From positions 1 through 27,742 of the forward strand of contig JBGAIQ010000070.1 in assembly GCA_044225365.1 (NCBI GenBank): a stretch of DNA of 27,742 nucleotides, written 5' to 3'. A program made the position numbers and the translations under genes. Shown here piece after piece: positions 1-8,172 of this stretch. The notes under the pieces were generated by a model. That model searched no databases and was not told the origin of the DNA. It saw only the letters and a program-made list of their open reading frames with translations. Origin of the DNA: Planctomycetota bacterium. GTDB taxonomy: Bacteria; Planctomycetota; B15-G4; JADJEK01. Position 1 is the stretch's first letter. Each line of letters starts with the position of its first letter.

Positions 1-2
1 TG

Positions 3-62
3 TCCGTCAAATACTTCACGAATCTCGGCCTCCCGCGTCTCGCTCCCCCGCGCCACCGCTAA
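3..62 (+). CDS. ltrA: C-terminal fragment of group II intron reverse transcriptase/maturase (5'-truncated by window edge)
   Basis: Frame reads SVKYFTNLGLPRLAPPRHR*. YFxxLGLxxL is the typical end of the X/thumb domain of class C intron-encoded proteins. Stop at 60-62, just before domain V, so no endonuclease domain follows. Confidence 0.85.
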   Translation, partial: SVKYFTNLGLPRLAPPRHR

Positions 63-68
63 ACCACC

Positions 69-140
69 GAACCGCCGTGTACGGACCCGTACGCACGGTG
101 GTGTGACAGGGACAGCCCGTGAGGGCCTACCTATGTCGAT
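69..140 (+). ncRNA. Group II intron ribozyme domains V and VI
   Basis: DV hairpin 71-102 (ACCGCCGTG/CACGGTGGT stem, 2-nt bulge, TACG/CGTA upper stem, GACC loop). DVI 105-137 with bulged branch adenosine. Confidence 0.92.
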
Positions 141-163
141 CCCGAAAGGATCGCCGGAACGGT

Positions 164-928
164 TCATCGATGCGCGGAGTCCACGGCGGCCGCGAGGGAG
201 AAGAAGTGGCGGAGACCTTCTCGTTCCGCCGGGCCGAGATCGAAACGGATCGCGCGCGTGAGATATGCGATCGCGGTCGGTTCCGGGATCGCGAGAGCGC
301 GAGCGCCGGTTCGCGCGAGTTCGACCGCGCGCGGCAAGCCGGCGTCGCGGGCGGCGCGGAGGATCGGTTCGAGAACGGCGCGCGGAGTGGTCTTCGTGGC
401 GAGCCACACCGCGTAGACGAAAGGGAGACTTGTCGCCTCGGTCCAGGCCGCGCCGAGATCGAGCGATTCGAGTTCGTCGAGCTGCGGACGAAGCGCGGCG
501 TCTCCGATCACGAGCGTCGCGTCCGCGCCGGTCGAGAGCGGATCTGGCGCCGGAGGTACTTCGCGGAACTCGACGTCCGTGCGCGCGAGGAACTGCGTGT
601 AGACGATGCGCGTCAGCATCGCCGCAGTGCGGCTCGCGCCGTCGAGGGCGACGGTCTTCGCCGCGCGCGGATCCTTCCGGCCGACGAGTCGGACGCTGAG
701 CACGGGACCATGGCTCGCGATGCACGGAGCGTCGAGGATGACCGATCCATCGATGCGCGTCGCCTCGATCGACGACACGAGCGCGCAGTCGAGTGCGTTT
801 TCCCGCAGCAGAACGGCGAGACGCGACGGCACGTGCTCGACGTACTCGATCCTGGGATCGCGATCGAGGCCGACGACGATCGGCCGAGCGTTCAAGTAGG
901 GCACCGAGCCGACGCGCAGCTTGCTCAT
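164..928 (-). CDS. mqnA: Chorismate dehydratase (futalosine pathway)
   Basis: MSKLRVGSVPYLNARP, PSRLA, DGASRT, LVIGDAAL, DLGAAW..T.LPFVYAVW motifs; operonic with mqnC/mqnE. Alternative GTG start at 940 would overlap the upstream stop (GTGA). Confidence 0.93.
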   Translation of the reverse strand: MSKLRVGSVPYLNARPIVVGLDRDPRIEYVEHVPSRLAVLLRENALDCALVSSIEATRIDGSVILDAPCIASHGPVLSVRLVGRKDPRAAKTVALDGASRTAAMLTRIVYTQFLARTDVEFREVPPAPDPLSTGADATLVIGDAALRPQLDELESLDLGAAWTEATSLPFVYAVWLATKTTPRAVLEPILRAARDAGLPRAVELARTGARALAIPEPTAIAYLTRAIRFDLGPAEREGLRHFFSLAAAVDSAHR

Positions 929-936
929 CTCACCGC

Positions 937-1971
937 TCACCGTTCTTTCGGGAGCATGCCGAACTCCGCGAGGGCTTTCTCGAAGCGCTCCGCCAGGAGC
1001 AGGTGCCCCTTCGTGTTCGGGTGCGGATCGACGGCGCTGTTGCGCAAGGACATGTCGCTGATGTCGTTCGGGTACGAGATGCTGCGATACGGGATCTGCA
1101 ATGCAGCGAGCCCATCCCGGATCGGCACCACGTCGTGGAGATCCGCGACACCGAACGGAATGCCCTGCTGCTCGCAGGTCTTCTTCATCTCCAAGAGCAG
1201 CTTCAGCGAGATGGCGATCCCGTTCGTCATCGCGGCGTACTGTTGCGTCACGACCTCGGCATCGTGCTCGGTGATCAGGTACACGTAGCGATAGACGCCG
1301 AGGAGCCGCAGATTCGGCAGCGTCGCTTCGAGCCACGACTTCCACGGTTCGTCGACGAAGATCCGCGCGTGGAATCCGGCGTTCTCGATCCGCTTGCGGG
1401 ACAGACCCTGGAGATCGATCGCCTCTTGGGTGTCGTTCTCCACGTCGTTGCGGTTGAAGACGACGATCACCGCGTCCGGCGAGTACTGCATCGCCTGCGT
1501 CTTGAAGGCATACCATTCCTGGCCCGTCTGGTACCCGGGCACGGCGAGGTTCACGATCTCGACGTGTTTGCCCGGGGGCGCCGCCTTCTGCAGGCGCTGC
1601 TCGATGACGTCGGTGAATCGGTCCTCGACGGACACGCCCCAGCCGAACGTGACGGAGTCGCCGAGCACGACGATGCGCCAGGTCCCCTCGGGCTTGCTCT
1701 TCGAATACTCGTGCCCACGAAAGCCGAGCGAGTTGATCTGGTAGACCACGTTCGCGTCGGCGCGGGAGTTCGGGATCGGGAAGTCCATCAGCGTCGCGCC
1801 CGGCGGAACCGCGCGGCGATCGATGCAGGTCTTCACGAACAAATTCTGATACGTGAAGTGGGAGATGCCGCAGGGATCGAGCCTCCCGACGACCACGTCC
1901 ATCGCCTTGAGACCGATCGCGAGTCCGAAAACGACGAGGAGCGCGCGTCCGGCGATCTTGCGACCCTTCAT
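937..1971 (-). CDS. SGNH/GDSL-family hydrolase with N-terminal membrane anchor
   Basis: Block I VLGDSVTFG, block II NLAVPGY, block III FNRND, block V DPHPNxxGH; N-terminal hydrophobic segment ALLVVFGLAIGL; ATGA overlap with mqnE stop. Confidence 0.85.
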   Translation of the reverse strand: MKGRKIAGRALLVVFGLAIGLKAMDVVVGRLDPCGISHFTYQNLFVKTCIDRRAVPPGATLMDFPIPNSRADANVVYQINSLGFRGHEYSKSKPEGTWRIVVLGDSVTFGWGVSVEDRFTDVIEQRLQKAAPPGKHVEIVNLAVPGYQTGQEWYAFKTQAMQYSPDAVIVVFNRNDVENDTQEAIDLQGLSRKRIENAGFHARIFVDEPWKSWLEATLPNLRLLGVYRYVYLITEHDAEVVTQQYAAMTNGIAISLKLLLEMKKTCEQQGIPFGVADLHDVVPIRDGLAALQIPYRSISYPNDISDMSLRNSAVDPHPNTKGHLLLAERFEKALAEFGMLPKER

Positions 1972-3104
1972 GCGCCGACTGCGACCTCGTCCGACGGCTC
2001 GGCGCGCAGCACGTTGTAGAGCGTGTCGCGCTCGACGGGCACGAAGCCCGCATCACGAATGAGGCGCATCAGGTCGTCGCGCGAGAGCGCTTGCGGCGTC
2101 GTCGCACCGGCGTCGTGATAGATGCGCTCCTGCGTCACGGTGCCGTCGATGTCGTCGGCTCCGCAATTGAGAGCCATCTGCGCGACCGGGATCCCGAGCA
2201 TGATCCAGTAGGCCTTCACGTGCGCGATGTTGTCGAGGAACAGGCGCGCGACCGCGATGTTCTTCAGGTCGTCGTGCGCAGTCGGCGGCTTGATGTCCGC
2301 CATCTGCGTGTTGTCGGGGTGGAACTGCAGCGGGATGAACGTCTGGAAGCCGCCCGTCTCGTCCTGCAGCGCCCGCAAACGCGAGAGATGATCGACGCGT
2401 TCTTCGGCCGTCTCGATGTGGCCGTAGAGCATCGTGCAGTTGCTGCGGAGTCCGGCGCGGTGCGCCTCGCGCGCGATCTCGATCCAGCGATCGCCGCCGA
2501 TCTTCAGCTTGAAGATCTCGCGATGCACTCGCTCGGCGAAGATCTCGGCGCCGCCGCCCGGCAACGAATCGAGGCCCGCTTCCTTCAACCGCGCGAACAG
2601 CTCGGGCAACGGCAGCTTGGAGACGCGCTGGATCTCGTGGATCTCGACCATCGTGAAAGCCTTCACGTGGATCGAAGGTCGCGCGCGCTTCACCGCGCGC
2701 AGGAGATCGAGGTAGTAGTCGAACGTCAGCTTCGGCCAGATCCCCGCGACCATGTGGACTTCGGTGACCGGTTCATGGAGTCGCTTCTCGATCTCCTTCG
2801 CCGCGTCGGCCGGCGACATCAAGTACGCGCCTTCCTGGCCCGGCAGGCGCTGGAACGCGCAGAACTTGCAGAGCTTGTTGCAGAGGTTCGTGTAGTTGAT
2901 GTGTTGATTGATGTTGTAGTAGGTGCGCCGACCGTGGCGCTTCCTTCGCACGTGATCGGCGAGCGCGCCGATCGCCGCGAGGTCTTCGCACTCGTAGAGG
3001 CGAAGGCCGTCGTCGGAATCGAGCCTTGCCCCGGCGAAGACCTTGTCGGCGATGTCGGAGATCCCGCTGTGCTGACAGCGCTCGAGGAGGATGTTCGACA
3101 TCAT
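1968..3104 (-). CDS. mqnE: Aminofutalosine synthase, radical SAM
   Basis: NQHINYTNLCNKLCKFCAF (CxxxCxxC), HVKAFTMVEI, LPGGGAEIF, TFIPLQFHP, HVKAYWIM, PVERDTLY; start at 3104 overlaps the mqnC stop (ATGA). Confidence 0.92.
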   Translation of the reverse strand: MMSNILLERCQHSGISDIADKVFAGARLDSDDGLRLYECEDLAAIGALADHVRRKRHGRRTYYNINQHINYTNLCNKLCKFCAFQRLPGQEGAYLMSPADAAKEIEKRLHEPVTEVHMVAGIWPKLTFDYYLDLLRAVKRARPSIHVKAFTMVEIHEIQRVSKLPLPELFARLKEAGLDSLPGGGAEIFAERVHREIFKLKIGGDRWIEIAREAHRAGLRSNCTMLYGHIETAEERVDHLSRLRALQDETGGFQTFIPLQFHPDNTQMADIKPPTAHDDLKNIAVARLFLDNIAHVKAYWIMLGIPVAQMALNCGADDIDGTVTQERIYHDAGATTPQALSRDDLMRLIRDAGFVPVERDTLYNVLRAEPSDEVAVGA

Positions 3105-4228
3105 GCGAGGGCCTCCGCGGCGCGAGCCGCCTGGCGACGGGCGGGCGCGACCGGGCCTCGCGGGTCGATGATCTCGTAGAAGAAATTGCGCCGTCGCGGG
3201 ACGAAACCCGCTGCGGTGATCTGCCGCTCGATCTCGCCGAGCGTGATGAGTTCGAACGTGCCCGCCGACGAGACGACGTTCTCCTCCATCATGCCGCCGC
3301 CGAAGTCGTTCACGCCGAAGCGCAGCGACGCCTGCGCGGCCTTCGCGCCCTGCGTTACGTAGCTCGCCTGGATGTTCGCGACGTTGTGCAGCATGATTCG
3401 GGAGACGGCGACGACGCGGAAGTAGGTCGCGGGCGTCGTCTTCGTCGCCTCGAGTTTCGTGCCGTGCGAGTTCTGGTAGTTCCAGCACGCGAACGCCGTG
3501 AAGCCGCCCGTCTCGTCCTGGAGGTCGCGGATTCGCATCAGGTGCTCGATGCGGTCGGCGGGCGTCTCCACGTGGCCGAACATCATCGTCGCCGTCGTGC
3601 GCAGTCCCTGGGCGTGCGCTTCGCGCATCACGCCGAGCCAGTCGTTCGTGCTCGTCTTCTTCGGCGCGATGATGTCGCGAACGCGATCGACGAGGATCTC
3701 CGCGCCGCCGCCCGGGATCGAGTCCATCCCCGCGGCCTTGAGTCGTGCGATCACCTCGCCGACCGAGCATTTGTCGAGCAGCGACAGGTGATGGATCTCC
3801 GGCGGGGACATCGCGTGCAGGTGCAGCTTCGGGTAGCGCTTCTTCAGGTCGGACAGCAGCTCGCAGTACCATTCGGTCTTGAGGTGGGGGTGATGTCCGC
3901 CCTGCATCAGGACGAGCACGCCGCCCGCGGCGACCAGTTCGTCGAGCTTCTGGTAGATCGTCTCGCGCGGCAGCACGTACGTCTCGGCGTCGGTCGGTCG
4001 TCGGTAGAATGCGCAGAACGAACAATCCGTGATGCAGACGTTCGTCGGATTGATGTTGCGGTCGACGATGTACGTCACGACCGGTTCGGGATGCAGTCTT
4101 CTCCGCACGGTGTCGGCGAGCAGCGAGAGCAACGACAGCGGGGCGTGCTCGTGGAGGTAGAGTCCCTCGTCGAACGTGAGCGGGACGGCGTTTCGGACCT
4201 GGTCGGCGATGCGGTCGAGTTCGGACAT
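3101..4228 (-). CDS. mqnC: Cyclic dehypoxanthinyl futalosine synthase, radical SAM
   Basis: VTYIVDRNINPTNVCITDCSFCAFYR, LMQGGHHP, SPPEI, SIPGGGAEIL, TATMMFGHVE, MMEENVVSSAG. Alternative GTG start at 4240. Confidence 0.93.
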   Translation of the reverse strand: MSELDRIADQVRNAVPLTFDEGLYLHEHAPLSLLSLLADTVRRRLHPEPVVTYIVDRNINPTNVCITDCSFCAFYRRPTDAETYVLPRETIYQKLDELVAAGGVLVLMQGGHHPHLKTEWYCELLSDLKKRYPKLHLHAMSPPEIHHLSLLDKCSVGEVIARLKAAGMDSIPGGGAEILVDRVRDIIAPKKTSTNDWLGVMREAHAQGLRTTATMMFGHVETPADRIEHLMRIRDLQDETGGFTAFACWNYQNSHGTKLEATKTTPATYFRVVAVSRIMLHNVANIQASYVTQGAKAAQASLRFGVNDFGGGMMEENVVSSAGTFELITLGEIERQITAAGFVPRRRNFFYEIIDPRGPVAPARRQAARAAEALA

Positions 4229-4439
4229 CGTGGGATTCACTGGACCTCGAGGGAGACCGTCGAGAATACTCGATCGGCCACGGCGCAACCATCCTGTCCA
4301 GGTCCTCGCGTGCTTCTCTCCTGCACCCTGTGTTCCATTTCGATTGCCGTGCCGCGCGTTTTCCTCCGAGTGAAACCGTGCCGCCTTTGCACTCGAATCC
4401 GTTAATCTGACCTCATCCGTTCCGTTCCCCGAGCTTCGA

Positions 4440-6365
4440 ATGACGCTGATCAGTCTCCAGGACCTCACCATCGGCTACGGTGGACCCCCTCTTCTGTCGA
4501 ACGTGAACGTCTCGATCGAGGAGAACGAGCGCGTCGGCCTGCTCGGGCGCAACGGCACTGGCAAGTCCACGCTGCTCAAGGTCATTCTCGGCGAGTTCGA
4601 GCCGCAGGCGGGGATCGTCACGAGGAAGACGGGGCTCTCCGTCGCGCAGCTCGCGCAGCGCCTGCCGGAGGAGACGGCCTTCGCGAATGCGCACATCGCG
4701 GCGCGCGACGTCGTCGCCGCGGGCTTCCCGGGGTGGGGCAAGAACCTCGCGGACTATCACATCCTCCTGCATTCCCTCGAAGCGCATGCGACTCCCGCGC
4801 AATTGAAGGAAGTCGATCGCCTCCATGCGCTGATCGAGCGCGCGGGCGGCTTCACGAAGGAACCCGAGATCGAGCGGGCGCTCGATGCCGTCGGAGTGGA
4901 TCCCGATGCGGATTGGGACGCGCTCTCTGTCGGCCGCAAACGACGCGTGCTCCTCGCCCGCGCGATCGCGCCGGCGCCCGATCTGCTCGTGCTCGACGAA
5001 CCGACGAACCATCTCGACATCGACGCGATCGAATGGCTCGAGGGATTCCTCCGCGATTACGACGGCAGTCTGCTCGTCGTGACGCACGATCGCGCGTTCC
5101 TGCGCAAGCTCGCGACCCGGGTGCTCCTCGTCGATCGCGGGCGGGTGAAGAGCTACGCCTGCGGCTACGACACGTTCCTCGTGCGCCGCGAGGCCGATGC
5201 CGAGGCGGAGGCGAACGCCGAACTCCTGCGCGACAAACTGCTCGCGAAGGAAGAGGAATGGAACAAGCAGGGCGTGCGAGCGCAACGCTGCAAGGCCGAA
5301 GCGCGAGTCAGCGCACTCCTCAAGATGCGCGAGGAGCGGCGCGAGCGCAAAGCGGTGATCGGTCGGGTCAAGGCCGAGGTCAACGAGGCCTCGCGATCCG
5401 GTGATCTCGTGATCGACGTGAAGGGACTCTCCTTTGGCTACCGCGAAGGCGGCCCGATCGTCTCCGACTTGACCACGCAGGTGCGACGCGGCGACAAGAT
5501 CGGCCTCATCGGGAAGAACGGCGCCGGCAAGACGACCCTCCTGAAGCTCCTCCTCGGTGAGCTCGAGCCGACGGCGGGAACCGTGCGTCACGGCACGAAG
5601 CTCGAGGTCGCGTACTTCGATCAGCTCCACACCAATCTCGACGAGTCGAAGTCCGTCGCGCGCAACGTGGCCGCGGACGACTTCGTCTACATCGGCGGGC
5701 GGCGCAAGCACATCGTGGCGTTCCTCTCCGACTTCCTGTTCCGCAAGGATCAGATCCATCGCTCGGTGCGCGATCTCTCGGGCGGTGAGCGCAATCGACT
5801 CCTGCTCGCGCGATTGTTCACGCGCGCCTCGAACGTGCTCGTCCTCGACGAACCGACGAACGATCTCGATGCCGAGACCGTCGACGTGCTCGAGGAGTTG
5901 CTCGTGGACTACACCGGCACGGTCCTCCTCGTGAGTCACGATCGCGAGTTCCTGAATCGCGTCGTCACGAGCACGATGGTGCTCGATGGCCAGGGCGGGG
6001 TATCGGAGTTCGTCGGCGGCTACGACGACTGGCTGCGCCAGCGCGGCCGCGACGAATCGCTCGCGCTTCCATCGAATGGAGTCTCGAAGGGAAGCAAAGG
6101 CGGCGCGGCCGTCGCTCCGAAGATCGCGGTCGAGAAAGGCCGCAAGCGCACCTACGGCGAGAGCATCGAGGCCAAGGCGCTTCCCGGCAAGATCGAGCAA
6201 CTCGAGGGCGAGCGTGCCAAGCTCCTCGCGACCTTGTCGGACCCGAGCTTCTACGGCAAGCCGCCTGCGGAGGTCTCGCGCGCGACCGATCGACTCGCCG
6301 CGGTCGGTAACGAACTCGAGCTGGCCTACGCGCGCTGGGAAGAGCTCGAGAGCCTCGAAGCGTGA
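4440..6365 (+). CDS. uup: ABC-F family ATPase, Uup-like
   Basis: Two NBDs (GRNGTGKST / GKNGAGKTT; LDEPTNHLD / LDEPTNDLD), no TM segments, Uup-type C-terminal coiled coil (LPGKIEQLE...SDPSFY...AYARWEELE). Confidence 0.88.
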   Translation: MTLISLQDLTIGYGGPPLLSNVNVSIEENERVGLLGRNGTGKSTLLKVILGEFEPQAGIVTRKTGLSVAQLAQRLPEETAFANAHIAARDVVAAGFPGWGKNLADYHILLHSLEAHATPAQLKEVDRLHALIERAGGFTKEPEIERALDAVGVDPDADWDALSVGRKRRVLLARAIAPAPDLLVLDEPTNHLDIDAIEWLEGFLRDYDGSLLVVTHDRAFLRKLATRVLLVDRGRVKSYACGYDTFLVRREADAEAEANAELLRDKLLAKEEEWNKQGVRAQRCKAEARVSALLKMREERRERKAVIGRVKAEVNEASRSGDLVIDVKGLSFGYREGGPIVSDLTTQVRRGDKIGLIGKNGAGKTTLLKLLLGELEPTAGTVRHGTKLEVAYFDQLHTNLDESKSVARNVAADDFVYIGGRRKHIVAFLSDFLFRKDQIHRSVRDLSGGERNRLLLARLFTRASNVLVLDEPTNDLDAETVDVLEELLVDYTGTVLLVSHDREFLNRVVTSTMVLDGQGGVSEFVGGYDDWLRQRGRDESLALPSNGVSKGSKGGAAVAPKIAVEKGRKRTYGESIEAKALPGKIEQLEGERAKLLATLSDPSFYGKPPAEVSRATDRLAAVGNELELAYARWEELESLEA

Positions 6366-6411
6366 TCCCGCGCTCGAAAGCGACGCGAGTCCGTCGAAAG
6401 GTGCATGCTCC

Positions 6412-8052
6412 ATGATCGCGCTCAACGAAGTGTCGAAGCAATACGGACGGCGCGCATTGCTCGTCGACGCGACATTTCAGCTCAATGCCGGCGACAAGGT
6501 CGGGCTCGTTGGCCCCAACGGCGCGGGCAAGACGACGATCTTCCGCCTCATCGTCGGCGAGGAGCAGCCGGACTTCGGGACCGTTTCGGTCCCCGCGCGC
6601 CTCACCGTCGGATACTTCCGACAGGACGCGACCGACGTGAAGGACGTCGTGGTGCTCGACGAAGCGATCGCGGGCAGCGGGCGACTCGGCGACCTCCATC
6701 ACGAGTTGAAGCGTCTCGAACATCGCATGTCGGATCCGGACGCCGCCGACGAGATGGACGATCTCGTCGCGCGCTTCGGCGAGGTGCAGGACGAGTATCA
6801 GCAGAATGGCGGCTACGAGCTCGAGGCGCGCGCGCGAGAGGTGCTGCACGGCCTCGGGTTCCGCGACGAGCAGATCGACGGCGACATCTCCGCCCTGTCC
6901 GGCGGCTGGCGCATGCGCGTGTCGATCGCGAAGGTGCTGATCGGCAAGCCGCAGGTGCTCCTGCTCGACGAGCCCACGAACCACCTCGACATCGAATCGA
7001 TCCTCTGGCTCGAGGACTTCCTGCGCGGCACCGATTCCGCGGTGCTCATGACCTGCCACGACCGCGACTTCATGAATCGCGTCGTGAAGGGGATCGTCGC
7101 GATCGAGGACGGCGAGCTCAACACCTACTCGGGCGACTACGACTTCTACGACCGCGAGAAGGACGTGCGCGCGACGCAGCAGGAAGCGGCGTTCACGCGG
7201 CAGCAGGCGATGCTGAAGAAGGAGGAGCGCTTCATCGAGCGATTCGAGAAGCACGCTGCGAAGGCCGCGCAGGTGCAGTCGCGCATCAAGAAGCTCGACA
7301 AGATCGAGCGCATCGAGCCGCCGAAGAAGCGCATCCTCGTGCCGTTCTCGATGGGCACGCCGCCGCGCTCGGGCAACGACGTCGCGATCCTCTCGAAGGT
7401 GAGCAAGCGCTACGCCGATCGCCCGATCTTCGACTCGTTCGACTTCGAGATCAAGCGCGGCGAACGCTGGTGCGTGATGGGTGTGAACGGCGCCGGCAAG
7501 ACGACGCTCCTCAAGATCGTCGCCGGAGTACTGCAGCCCGATTCTGGGAGCGTGCGCCTCGGCGCCAGCCTGAAGATGGGCTACTTCGCGCAGTCGGCGC
7601 TCGAGATCCTCGACGCGAAGCTCACCGTGTGGGAGCAGATCGATCAGGCGTTCCCGCTCGCGACGATCGCGTCGAAGCGCAGCCTGCTCGGCGCGTTCGA
7701 TTTCTCGGGCGACGACATCGAGAAGAGCATTCGCGTCCTCTCGGGCGGCGAGAAGTCACGCCTCGTCCTCGCGCAGATGCTCTTCGATCCGCCGAACTTC
7801 CTCGTGCTCGACGAACCGACGAACCATCTCGATCTCGACACGAAGGAAATGCTGATCGACACCCTCAAGAAGTTCGAGGGAACGATGCTCTTCGTGTCGC
7901 ACGATCGCCACTTCCTGAAGGGCCTCGCCACGAAGGTGCTCGACCTCTCGGGAGGCGGCGACGGCATCGCGAACCGGCCGCTCATCCACTACGGCAACTA
8001 CGAGGAATGGGTCGCGAGCACCGGGCACGAGGCGCCCGGCGTCCATCGCTGA
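6412..8052 (+). CDS. ABC-F family ATPase (translation-associated, YheS/YbiT-like)
   Basis: GPNGAGKTT, LSGGWRMR, LDEPTNHLD, linker KAAQVQSRIKKL, second NBD GVNGAGKTT/LSGGEKSR; start taken at ATG 6412 (MIALNEVSKQYG). Confidence 0.9.
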   Translation: MIALNEVSKQYGRRALLVDATFQLNAGDKVGLVGPNGAGKTTIFRLIVGEEQPDFGTVSVPARLTVGYFRQDATDVKDVVVLDEAIAGSGRLGDLHHELKRLEHRMSDPDAADEMDDLVARFGEVQDEYQQNGGYELEARAREVLHGLGFRDEQIDGDISALSGGWRMRVSIAKVLIGKPQVLLLDEPTNHLDIESILWLEDFLRGTDSAVLMTCHDRDFMNRVVKGIVAIEDGELNTYSGDYDFYDREKDVRATQQEAAFTRQQAMLKKEERFIERFEKHAAKAAQVQSRIKKLDKIERIEPPKKRILVPFSMGTPPRSGNDVAILSKVSKRYADRPIFDSFDFEIKRGERWCVMGVNGAGKTTLLKIVAGVLQPDSGSVRLGASLKMGYFAQSALEILDAKLTVWEQIDQAFPLATIASKRSLLGAFDFSGDDIEKSIRVLSGGEKSRLVLAQMLFDPPNFLVLDEPTNHLDLDTKEMLIDTLKKFEGTMLFVSHDRHFLKGLATKVLDLSGGGDGIANRPLIHYGNYEEWVASTGHEAPGVHR

Positions 8053-8130
8053 CGCGGTGGGGACGGATCGCGTACCGCGACGACCCGAGCGTCACGGGAT
8101 CGCACTCGCTCTCCGCGTTGTTTCTTTCTC

Positions 8131-8155
8131 GCGGCCTGCTTGAATAGGCCGTTTT
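8131..8155 (+). terminator. Possible intrinsic terminator or attenuator hairpin between ABC-F gene and glyQS
   Basis: CGGCCTG/TAGGCCG stem (8132-8151) followed by TTTT; the U-tract is short. Confidence 0.4.
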
Positions 8156-8172
8156 CCACCCCGGAGCCGTCG

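Larger units (their letters stand above)
1..140 (+). mobile_element. Group II intron, class C (IIC), 3' end; 5' part lies outside the window
   Basis: RT/maturase C-terminus followed by GAACCGCCGTGTACGGACCCGTACGCACGGTGGTGT (short IIC-type domain V with CGC triad at 73-75), domain VI GACAGGG...CCT-A-TGTC with bulged A133, and terminal AT at 139-140. Confidence 0.93.

Noticed and set aside
1-140. Retron, DGR or other RT-linked defence system
   Set aside because: The RNA after the RT stop is a canonical group II intron DV/DVI, and no template/variable repeat pair or msr-msd is visible in the window.
4347-4384. Direct repeat CCGTGCCGC x2 and a sigma54-like look in the mqnC/uup divergent region
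   Set aside because: A 9-mer GC repeat is expected by chance, and GG-N10-GC spacing with TTGC is not met on either strand.
164-4471. Apparent long N-terminal extensions or fusions of MqnA (630 aa), MqnE (774 aa) and MqnC (456 aa)
   Set aside because: Artefacts of choosing the most upstream start; the extensions overlap other real genes out of frame. The same applies to PtsI, the second ABC-F, STAS, HemA and HemC.
8053-8172. T-box riboswitch upstream of glyQS
   Set aside because: GGTGG and ACCGCG are present but not contiguous as the UGGNACC T-box bulge; 120 nt is too short and no stem I is visible.
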